Of a DNA stretch of 25,392 nucleotides, positions 1-7,522 are shown in pieces. Source of the stretch: Planctomycetota bacterium (GTDB taxonomy: Bacteria; Planctomycetota; SZUA-567; H5-PLA8); the NCBI GenBank assembly GCA_038227875.1, contig JBBRPR010000091.1, positions 1 through 25,392 of the forward strand, written 5' to 3'. Below the pieces are notes generated by a model that worked only from the letters and a program-made list of their open reading frames with translations, was not told the origin of the DNA and did not search any database. The position numbers and the translations under genes are program-made. Every line of letters begins with the position of its first letter. Positions within the stretch are counted from its first letter, which is position 1.

Positions 1-618
1 ATCGGTGGACGTGTAGACGTAGTCCCCGGATGCATCCGCGGAAATCCTGGTTCCATCGCTGGACATCGCCACGGCCTGCCAGCTTTTCGTGACGGCTCCG
101 GCCGGCTGGCGCTGCGTCCACGTCGCGCCAGAATCCGTTGATGTGTAAACGTAATCGCCCGACGCACACGCGGACATTTTCGTGCCGTCGCTGGACATCG
201 CCACGGCATTCCAATTCTTCACGACCGCGCCTGCCGGTTTACGCTGCGTCCAGGTCGCGCCAGTGTCGGTGGAGGTATAGACGTAATCGCCGGTGGCGCA
301 GACGACGATTTTCGTTCCATCCGACGACATGCCCGCCGAACACCAGCCGGACAAGTTGTTCGTCGGGTAGCCGTCGCCGTTGGGATTGCGTGGAGTAAAG
401 GTGGCGCCGCTGTCGGTGGAGATGAACACACTGTTGTACGCGGCGCCGAGCAGGATTGTTTTTCCATCGGCCGACATTGCCGAGTAGCGCCAATAGGCAC
501 GCCCGCCGGAAAGATCCTTCGTCGCCCAGGTATATGTTTCCGCCCACGCAGCCGTGGACACCGCGCTCATCGCCAGAACTGCGAAAAAAGAAACCGAAAA
601 CCGATGCTGCATTTTCAT
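1..618 (-). CDS. Secreted BNR/Asp-box repeat (beta-propeller) protein, 5' part; runs off the window edge
   Basis: Manual translation from ATG at 618 is open to position 1: MKMQHRFSVSFFAVLAMSAVSTAAWA (signal peptide), then repeats such as YVYTSTDTGATWTQRKPAGAVVKNWNAVAMSSDGTK with SxDxGxTW Asp-boxes and a 44-aa (132-nt) period. Not in the ORF track because no stop lies in the window. Confidence 0.88.
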   Translation of the reverse strand, partial: MKMQHRFSVSFFAVLAMSAVSTAAWAETYTWATKDLSGGRAYWRYSAMSADGKTILLGAAYNSVFISTDSGATFTPRNPNGDGYPTNNLSGWCSAGMSSDGTKIVVCATGDYVYTSTDTGATWTQRKPAGAVVKNWNAVAMSSDGTKMSACASGDYVYTSTDSGATWTQRQPAGAVTKSWQAVAMSSDGTRISADASGDYVYTSTD

Positions 619-994
619 GTGGGTACCCCCGTCCGACGCGGTCCTGTAGCAGATCTCTTCACTCGCCTGCAAAATGAGGAAGATTCGTCTGTGACTTGAA
701 GTCAATTGCAGCACTACGGGTTCGAGCTGCCGCATTTTGCTTCGTCTTCATTTTTGCAAATCCTTATACAGAAAGACTTTCCGCTCGCCCTCTCGAGAAC
801 AGTCATTGCATCGGACTGAATTTCGAAATGTTTAGGTGGGAAGTGGAAAGAAAGTCAGAATTAGAATTTGGCGCGCGGAGTGGATTGGGCAATGGTCCCT
901 CTTAGGGATCCCGGCAGAGGGAGCCGCAGGGCGGTCTGGCTCTCGTCAGGATGAGACCATTGCATCGCGGCGCGCTTCGAAATACTATCCACGC

Positions 995-2884
995 GTGTCG
1001 ACTTCCTCGCCTCAGACTACGCCCTCCACTCCTTTTCTTGGCCGTCATCCGTGGCTGCTTTCCAGCGCAGCGATCGCGGCGGCGGGACTGGTTTTGCTGG
1101 TGGGCTGCTTCGATGCGGCGTTCAGCACCTACGACGACATTTCCCATTTGAAGGTGGTCAGCGATGCGATCTCGGCGGGGCCGCTGGGATTTTTGAAGCC
1201 GGTGACGACCTGGTCGTACATACCGGTCACGTTCCTGAGCTACCAGTTCGACCGCGCAGTCTTTTCACAGTTGCTGCATCTGAACAACTGGGCTGTCGGC
1301 GTGCGTTTCATGAACTACGTTTACCATGCCTGCGCGGCGGTACTGTTGTTCCGTCTCGTGGCGCGGCTGGGATTTTCGCGCGGGCAGGCATTCGTGGTGG
1401 CTCTGATATTCGCGGTGCATCCGATGGCCTGCGAAACGGTCTCGTGGATCTCCGAGCGCAAAAATGCGCTCGCCGCGCTGTTTGGATTTTTCGCGCTGTG
1501 GGTCTGGATCGGCTGGGGCACCGACCTGGGGCGCACGCGTTCGCCGCGCTGGCGTATCCCGTTCGCGACGCTGCTGTACACCCTGGCGCTGCTGAGCAAA
1601 CCCAGCGCGCTGGGGTTGTTGCCGGTCTTCGGGCTGCTGGAACTGCTGCCGCTGCATACGCCGCGCGAATCGTGGGACCCGATTGCCAAACGACTGAGCC
1701 GCGGCCTACTGCGTTGCCTGCCGCTGGCAATCCTGGCCGTAGCCATTGCAATGCTGAATGTTTCCACGCACGGGCCGGAACTGGTCAAGCCGCCGGGCGG
1801 CACGGTCTTCACGGCGATGCTGACGGACCTGGAGATTGTCTCGCGCTATCTGATCAACTTGATTGCGCCGGTAAACTTGAGCGCCTTCTACTTCGTCAAT
1901 CCGATCGTCTCGCTGAGCGACCCGCGCGTCTGGCAGTACGGTTTGATTTTAAGCGCGCTCGCCGCCGGCACGATTTTCCTCGCGGAGAACCGGGCGCGGG
2001 CAGCGTTCTGCTGGCTCTGGTTTTTCGCGGCGCTGGGGCCGAATCTGAATCTGATCGCGATCCCGCTCTACATGCAGGACCGCTATGCTTACTTGAGCAC
2101 CCCCGCCCTCTTCATGCTGCTGGTCGAAGTCGTCGCGGGTCTGCGTACGCGAATCAAGCTCACGCCGATCACGCTACAACTGGTGGCCGGCGCGTTCGTG
2201 CTAATGCTGGCGGTGTTCTCCGTGCAGCGCAGTTTCGCCTGGTACAACGCGGCCACGATTTTCGCCGACGCGGTCGTCAAGCAACCCCAGTCGGCCAATG
2301 CGCGCTACGCGCTGGGTATGGCCTACGAACAGGCGTCCGACGCCGAGGCGCGCAACGGCAACGCGCAGATGGCGGCGCACTTCGACGAGGAAGCCTCGCT
2401 GCAGTGGCAGGCGGCGCTGGATTCGTGCCCGGACGCGGGGCGCTTCGCGTTTTACGTCGAGATGGCGCAGCGCGTCGGGAGACATCAATCCGAACGCGGC
2501 AACGCAGCACTGGCTGAAAAATACCTGCGCCTGGCCGGATATCCGCCGCCGGGAATAATGCCGCTGCTTCCCCGGACCGAGCTGGCGCTGCGCGATCTGA
2601 TCACCCTTTTCACTTCACAGGGCCGCTTCGACGAAGGTATGGCCTGCGCCTTGAAGCTCACCCAGATTGCTCCCGGTTCGGAAATCAACGCTGTGATCCG
2701 AGCCCGCGCGGCTTTTCTGCTGGCGCAATACAAACAGGCGCACGGCGGCGCTGAAGACGCGAAGAAACTGATCGCACTGGCGCGTGCGGATCTCCTGACG
2801 ATCTCTCCCGATTCGCCCCAATTTGAAACGGCGCAGCAATTTTTAAAGCTGCTGGATCGTTTGGGTGTGGAGCGGAAGGAGTAA
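995..2884 (+). CDS. TMTC-like GT-C fold multi-pass membrane protein (putative protein glycosyltransferase) with C-terminal TPR-like helices
   Basis: Motifs YDD, YxPxxxLSY, NxxxH, FAVHPxxxExVxWISERK, LLSKP and DRYAYL match TMTC-like proteins. Many hydrophobic segments are followed by helical repeats. The start is uncertain: GTG at 995 is preferred over 836. Confidence 0.75.
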   Translation: MSTSSPQTTPSTPFLGRHPWLLSSAAIAAAGLVLLVGCFDAAFSTYDDISHLKVVSDAISAGPLGFLKPVTTWSYIPVTFLSYQFDRAVFSQLLHLNNWAVGVRFMNYVYHACAAVLLFRLVARLGFSRGQAFVVALIFAVHPMACETVSWISERKNALAALFGFFALWVWIGWGTDLGRTRSPRWRIPFATLLYTLALLSKPSALGLLPVFGLLELLPLHTPRESWDPIAKRLSRGLLRCLPLAILAVAIAMLNVSTHGPELVKPPGGTVFTAMLTDLEIVSRYLINLIAPVNLSAFYFVNPIVSLSDPRVWQYGLILSALAAGTIFLAENRARAAFCWLWFFAALGPNLNLIAIPLYMQDRYAYLSTPALFMLLVEVVAGLRTRIKLTPITLQLVAGAFVLMLAVFSVQRSFAWYNAATIFADAVVKQPQSANARYALGMAYEQASDAEARNGNAQMAAHFDEEASLQWQAALDSCPDAGRFAFYVEMAQRVGRHQSERGNAALAEKYLRLAGYPPPGIMPLLPRTELALRDLITLFTSQGRFDEGMACALKLTQIAPGSEINAVIRARAAFLLAQYKQAHGGAEDAKKLIALARADLLTISPDSPQFETAQQFLKLLDRLGVERKE

Positions 2885-2916
2885 ATGGCTGTGAATAAAT
2901 CGAAACTATGACGCGA

Positions 2917-2939
2917 AGCAATTCAAAATTAAGAATTGC
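2917..2939. terminator. Small hairpin between convergent genes
   Basis: gcaattc-aaaattaa-gaattgc inverted repeat between the stops at 2884 (+) and 2979 (-). The stem is short and AT-rich. Confidence 0.3.
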
Positions 2940-2978
2940 CCGGGATGCCCGGTCCGTCCGACAATTCACAACCCCAAG

Positions 2979-3782
2979 TTAGCCCCGGGGAAAACGGCCT
3001 GCAATATTCTTGTAGATGTAACACCCGGCGATGACGAAGCCGAAGATCGAGATCACGATCCGGAGGTTGCGCGGACCAATCGCTTTCGCGCCGCCAGCTC
3101 CGAACAGGGCTCCGCAGGTTGCGCCGACAGCCATCACGGCAGCGACTTTCCATTCGACCAACCCGAGAATTCCAAACAGCACCGCGGCAAAAACGTTGAT
3201 CAGAAACGCGGCGAGATTCTTAAGCGCGTTGACGCGAAAGAGATCGCCGAAGCGCATCACACTTAAACTCGCCAGCATCATGATCCCAATTCCCGCTCCG
3301 AAATATCCGCCATACACCGAGACCATGAACTGCGCGCAAAGCAGAATGCGCCAGGCTTTCGCCGTGTACGTGGGCGTCTCGCCCTCAGGCAGCGGCCGGA
3401 TGCCCAGTCGCTTCATCACCGGTTCGTGTCCGACGAAGAGCACCGCCGCCATCACGATCAGCCATGGGACTACGGCTTCAAAGATTTTCGTCGGCGTCGT
3501 GTAGAGCAGCACGCTGCCCACGGTACCGCCGATGGCGCTGACGATGCAAAACGGCCACGCGAGATGGCGGATATCTTCGAGATACTTGCGGAAGCTCAGC
3601 GCACCCGCGACCGAAGCGGGCCACAGCGCCATGGTGTTTGTCGCATTGGCAATCTTGGGATCGAGGCCGACGACGGAGACGAGCACCGGATATGTCAACA
3701 ACGTGCCGCCGCCGGCGACGGAGTTAATCGCCCCGGAAATGGCCGCGGTGAAGAAGACGATGGCGTACTGAGTGGAGGACAA
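2979..3782 (-). CDS. Sulfite exporter TauE/SafE (TSUP) family membrane protein
   Basis: GAINSVAGGGTLLTYP, ANATN, YGGYFGAGIGI and NALKN motifs, with multiple transmembrane segments. Confidence 0.92.
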   Translation of the reverse strand: MSSTQYAIVFFTAAISGAINSVAGGGTLLTYPVLVSVVGLDPKIANATNTMALWPASVAGALSFRKYLEDIRHLAWPFCIVSAIGGTVGSVLLYTTPTKIFEAVVPWLIVMAAVLFVGHEPVMKRLGIRPLPEGETPTYTAKAWRILLCAQFMVSVYGGYFGAGIGIMMLASLSVMRFGDLFRVNALKNLAAFLINVFAAVLFGILGLVEWKVAAVMAVGATCGALFGAGGAKAIGPRNLRIVISIFGFVIAGCYIYKNIAGRFPRG

Positions 3783-3808
3783 GTTAGATGCGGGGAGTGA
3801 ATGAAGTG

Positions 3809-3844
3809 CTGAGTGCTGAAGCTCGGATGAGTCTCAGCACTCAG
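3809..3844. repeat. REP-like palindrome (ctgagtgctga ... tcagcactcag)
   Basis: Perfect 11-bp inverted repeat at 3809-3819 / 3834-3844, directly downstream of the small peptide ORF. Confidence 0.6.
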
Positions 3845-3857
3845 AACAGTAGAGGTG

Positions 3858-3926
3858 CTATTTCTTCTTGGCCGGCTTCTTCGGCTTCTTAACTTCCTTC
3901 TTACGGCTGTTATTGCCCTTCGCCAT
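3858..3926 (-). CDS. Small Lys-rich peptide MAKGNNSRKKEVKKPKKPAKKK (22 aa)
   Basis: ATG at 3926 with a strong SD (cggaggggtcagtcATG) and TAG at 3858. Lys is almost always AAG. A hairpin follows. Below the ORF-track length cutoff. Confidence 0.75.
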   Translation of the reverse strand: MAKGNNSRKKEVKKPKKPAKKK

Positions 3927-4178
3927 GACTGACCCCTCCGAATAAAGAGTTGTTTGAACAACACCTAAACAAAGACCGAACTGAATCCTAACGCATATTT
4001 TCAGGATGCAATAGGTTTTAAGCGAATAACGGGCAGACTGTTTTAAAGATCAAAAGGTAAAAATTATATAACGCACGCAGCCCGTTAAAGATTCCATTCC
4101 GCCACGTTTCTCCGGCGCAGGCCAAGATTTTATCGTCGGGCTGCCAACCAAAGATACGCCACGTCGAAGTCTTCCGAC

Positions 4179-4216
4179 AAAAAAACGCGCGGCCTTAAAA
4201 TCAGGCCGCGCGTTTT
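4179..4216 (-). terminator. Intrinsic terminator of rplC (probably bidirectional)
   Basis: aaaacgcgcggcct / aggccgcgcgtttt stem with a 7-A run that gives a U-tract on the minus strand, about 20 nt after the rplC stop. Confidence 0.85.
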
Positions 4217-4237
4217 GAATTTCAAAAACGTTTGTGC

Positions 4238-4915
4238 TTACTTCTTGCGCTTGGCTTCCGCATCGGAGATTTCCTTTTCGCGGATCGCGGTGTTGATTTC
4301 CAGGTACGTGCCGTTCGCGCCCGGGACAGCTCCCTTGACCAGCAGAATGTTGTTGGCCGGATCGATGCGGACGACCTGCAATCCGGGGACGGTCACCAGA
4401 TCGTTACCCAGGTGTCCGGGCATCTTCTTGCCCTTCGGCACGCCTTTGTTGATCGAGTTCTGGCGGCCCAATCCACCCGGTGAGCGATGGCGCTTGGAAC
4501 AACCGTGCGACGCCGGCAGACCGTGGAAATGATGGCGCTTCATGACGCCCTGGTAACCCTTACCTTTGCAGATACCGGTGACGTCGACGTAGCGGATTTT
4601 CTCGAGCACGGAGACCGTAATCTCGTCGCCAACTTTATCTTCGGCGGCCTTGCTCAGGCGGACTTCGCGGATGAAATGCTTGGGGCCCGAGCCGGCTTTG
4701 TCGCAGTGGCCGACCATCGGCTTGGAGGTGTTCTTTTCCTTGGCGTCGGAGAAGCCGAGCTGGATGGCGAAGTAGCCGTCGGTCTGATCGTTCTTGACCT
4801 GGAGCACCTTGCACGGACCGCACTCGATGACCGTCACCGGGACGCGGTTGCCTTGCTCGTTAAACACCTGGGTCATGCCGACTTTGCGGCCCAAAATACC
4901 TGTTGTGGAAGACAT
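4238..4915 (-). CDS. rplC: 50S ribosomal protein L3 (uL3)
   Basis: GILGRKVGMTQVF, PVTVIE, DGYFAIQLG, VDVTGICKGKGYQGVMKRH, KGKKMPGHLG and LVKGAVPG motifs. SD ggag precedes ATG at 4915. Confidence 0.98.
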   Translation of the reverse strand: MSSTTGILGRKVGMTQVFNEQGNRVPVTVIECGPCKVLQVKNDQTDGYFAIQLGFSDAKEKNTSKPMVGHCDKAGSGPKHFIREVRLSKAAEDKVGDEITVSVLEKIRYVDVTGICKGKGYQGVMKRHHFHGLPASHGCSKRHRSPGGLGRQNSINKGVPKGKKMPGHLGNDLVTVPGLQVVRIDPANNILLVKGAVPGANGTYLEINTAIREKEISDAEAKRKK

Positions 4916-5026
4916 CGAACAAACTCCCATTCGTCGCAGTGGCTGTCAAGCAGCCGGCCTTGGGTAGCGGTCCAGAGATTCAAGGCTGAACTCACGCGCA
5001 GCCATGGACTTACCCGGAAAGAGGGA

Positions 5027-5054
5027 ATCCTATGTGGGGTAAGGCTGATTACAA
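5027..5054 (-). promoter_or_regulatory. Possible sigma70 promoter for rplC
   Basis: Minus strand TTGTAA-16 nt-TAGGAT, about 110 nt upstream of the start. Consensus match only. Confidence 0.35.
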
Positions 5055-5358
5055 GTGCAATCGCGAAATCCGCCCGTTTATACGCACGCTTCGGGGATAC
5101 CTTTGTGCAAGGTCTCAGGCCTCAATCAGGCAATTCCGACCTGTATCACTGGTGTGAGCATATGGTAAATTTACCATAGGGTCAAAACTGGGCTGATTGG
5201 GAGGTCGTTTATGCTGCTGAAGCATATAAGAGGTAGGATTTTTGCACATTAGAGGAAATAAATGTCGGGTGTTGCACGTCAGAATGCTGTGTCACTGCCC
5301 TGTTGACTTGCGCTTTTCGCTGCCTCAAGATAAGTGGCGAAAACGGGAGAGCTAAATC

Positions 5359-6276
5359 ATGACCCTGTCCAACCTTAAACTGGTCTTTGCGACCGGAGTT
5401 CTGGGCGTCTCGCTGGGCGGCGCACTCCATGCCGCCGAACCGCTGGTCGATGAGCCGATCCAGGTGACGACGTTCGAATTGAAGGACGGCAAGAAGTTCG
5501 CCGCCGTCGCCTACGCCGCGTTGGGCAAGGACGATCTGAAAAGCTACGTGATCACCGAACCCAGCGGCACGCGCTCGATCATCCTCGAAAAGGAGATCGC
5601 CAACCGCAAAAAGGAGACGGTGGCGTTCGTGGATCTCGATGAGCCTTCGCGGCGCGAAGTGCTCCGTCAGCGGCGCATCTCGACGGCCAAGAAAGCCGAC
5701 GCGGAAGCCGCGGCCGCCGAACGAAAATTGATTTCCGACGCGAAGCTCAAGGAATCCGCGTACCGCGCCGCGTTCAACAAATTCAACGACGAATTGATTC
5801 TCGCCACCGACACGCTGGCCAAGGCGCAGGAGATCGTGAAGAACACGCCCGTCGACATCGCGCGCGCCGATGCGCGCTACGATGCGGCGAAGACCGAACT
5901 GGCCGCGACGGGCGGAGGCGCATACCCGCCGCCGTACGCACGCTACACCGGGGACGCGTCGCGAAATGATTATCTGCGTCATGCGATGATTGAAGCGGCG
6001 GAAGACAAGGCCAAGGCGGACACCGCCAAGAAAGAGGCCGAAGAGATCATCGCGCGCACCCAGGAGAAGATGAAGAAACTGCAGGACCGCGCCACGCAGG
6101 CGCAGAAGGAATACGACGCCGCTCAGTTGGAAACCAAGGCGGTGGAAGAGAAGGTCGACAAGGCCGAACACGACCGATTGACCGCGCGCAGCGGACTGAT
6201 CGGCAAGCCCGCGCCTCAACCGCCGCAGGGCGAAGTGGAACGGTCTCCCGAAGAAACCGTCGGTCCGAAAAAGTAG
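5359..6276 (+). CDS. Secreted hypothetical protein: small beta domain plus long coiled coil
   Basis: SD gggag and a signal peptide ending ALHA. An FELKDGK...YVITEPSG beta-rich N-domain precedes an A/E/K-rich helical region. Strong GC3 codon bias. Confidence 0.85.
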   Translation: MTLSNLKLVFATGVLGVSLGGALHAAEPLVDEPIQVTTFELKDGKKFAAVAYAALGKDDLKSYVITEPSGTRSIILEKEIANRKKETVAFVDLDEPSRREVLRQRRISTAKKADAEAAAAERKLISDAKLKESAYRAAFNKFNDELILATDTLAKAQEIVKNTPVDIARADARYDAAKTELAATGGGAYPPPYARYTGDASRNDYLRHAMIEAAEDKAKADTAKKEAEEIIARTQEKMKKLQDRATQAQKEYDAAQLETKAVEEKVDKAEHDRLTARSGLIGKPAPQPPQGEVERSPEETVGPKK

Positions 6277-6306
6277 TTTCCTCTTAAAAATACATCATCC
6301 AATAAT

Positions 6307-6362
6307 ACAGCGGCGCAGGGCGGGCTCCGGTTTTTAACCGGGGCCGGGCCCTGCGTCGCTGT
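6307..6362. terminator. Long hairpin between convergent genes (terminator or REP-like)
   Basis: Outer stem acagcggcgcagggc / gccctgcgtcgctgt plus inner stem ggctccggtt / aaccggggcc. Confidence 0.65.
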
Positions 6363-6400
6363 TTACCGACATTCCTTGCTTGCCGATCTTTCTATTCACT

Positions 6401-6793
6401 TCAATCGCCGATCTTCACCGGGCCGACCTTGATGAACGGCTCGCGCTTTTCGACGATCACTTCACGTTCGCGAACCGGTTCGACGCGGCGTTCGACCACC
6501 ACGGGCGAGGATTCGTACGTTTCGATGTACGTGTCGTCGGGCGAGATGTCGCCATAGACGGTGTATTCGCCTTCCGAGTTGATGCGGGTGGCGGCATCGC
6601 CGCGCAGCACGTATTCACGGTTGTTGTAGAAGCCGACATAATGATCGCCGCGCTTGATGGTCTTCATGCGGTACTCGTGGCCCTTGTGGTTGCCGACACT
6701 CACGCCCGCGTGAACATCAACATCAGCGGCATGAACGGCGGTGAAACAGAAGGCGAACGCTACCGGCAGTGCACACAAATATGAAAATTTCAT
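6401..6793 (-). CDS. Small secreted hypothetical protein
   Basis: SD aaggag, signal peptide ending AVHA, GC3-biased codons, and a VVVERR/EVIVEKRE low-complexity tail. Confidence 0.8.
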   Translation of the reverse strand: MKFSYLCALPVAFAFCFTAVHAADVDVHAGVSVGNHKGHEYRMKTIKRGDHYVGFYNNREYVLRGDAATRINSEGEYTVYGDISPDDTYIETYESSPVVVERRVEPVREREVIVEKREPFIKVGPVKIGD

Positions 6794-7075
6794 AACCCAC
6801 TCCTTTAGTCAAAACCAAGCTGACTGTATTCATCGTACTCGGATTGCGGCTCCGAACTGCCCGAGCGCTTTCCTTCAGCGCACGGAATGAGTTAATGCAA
6901 ACGCGAATCCACCGGGAATCTTTTTGAACAATCAGAGCTTATGCGCCGCGTATAGTGCGAATTGAGGTTTGACGCAGGAGGCAGTTCGAAACAAGAGCTA
7001 TTTTGAATGATTTATGCTGCATGGTCATGCATGGAAACGATGAATTTCGGTGGCGGCCAACCGAAGTCCGGATTG

Positions 7076-7114
7076 TAGCGGATGGGATCGTGATTCGCCC
7101 CGATCCCATCCCGC
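7076..7114. repeat. GTAG-preceded palindrome (REP-like or terminator) after the CDGSH gene
   Basis: Perfect 11-bp stem ggatgggatcg (7080-7090) / cgatcccatcc (7101-7111). Confidence 0.5.
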
Positions 7115-7119
7115 TCACG

Positions 7120-7356
7120 TCAGACCGTCCGGTGGCTTCCATCGCAGAACGGTGAGCCCTTCGTCGCCTTGCACGTACACAACGCGACCTGCTTCTCTGC
7201 ATCGAGCGTGAACTGCTTGGGACTGAAAGAGGTGCCTTTGTGGGAGCCGTCGCAGTAGGGCTGGTTCTTCGACAGTCCGCACGCGCACCAGTAGTACGTT
7301 CCGGCGGCGAGCTTCGTGACGATGGGCGCTTTTCCGGCGACAGTGGGCTTGTCCAT
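7120..7356 (-). CDS. CDGSH iron-sulfur domain protein with two CDGSH motifs (MiNT/CISD3-like)
   Basis: WCACGLSKNQPYCDGSH and LCTCKATKGSPFCDGSH motifs. SD aaggag. Confidence 0.95.
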   Translation of the reverse strand: MDKPTVAGKAPIVTKLAAGTYYWCACGLSKNQPYCDGSHKGTSFSPKQFTLDAEKQVALCTCKATKGSPFCDGSHRTV

Positions 7357-7433
7357 GGGTGTCTCCTTTTCAAAATGGATTTGAGTTCGTTAGTGTAGTG
7401 GTCAGCGACCGAAGCGCTACTCGCTTGCCGCGA

Positions 7434-7506
7434 TGCAGGCGGGACGCCTGGACCACAATTTGGTCTGGCAGGGCGCTAACATTGTGGTGCAGGCGTCCCG
7501 CCTGCA
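7434..7506. repeat. REPIN-like inverted doublet
   Basis: 26-bp arms tgcaggcgggacgcctggaccacaat (7434-7459) and attgtggtgcaggcgtcccgcctgca (7481-7506) with one mismatch. Each arm is itself an imperfect palindrome. Confidence 0.8.
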
Positions 7507-7522
7507 GATTTGAGGACGCGCG

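Noticed and set aside
138..905. Short track ORFs in the first 900 nt
   Set aside because: Most overlap the real minus-strand BNR gene (618 to 1). The ORF at 696..905 has no supporting features.
1051..2517. 488-aa overlapping ORF, plus similar ORFs at 4487..5179 and 5209..6219
   Set aside because: These are alternative-frame or antisense artefacts of high GC content that overlap well-supported genes.
5303..5331. TTGACT-17-CAAGAT promoter candidate for the 5359 gene
   Set aside because: The -10 match is weak and cannot be supported without TSS data.
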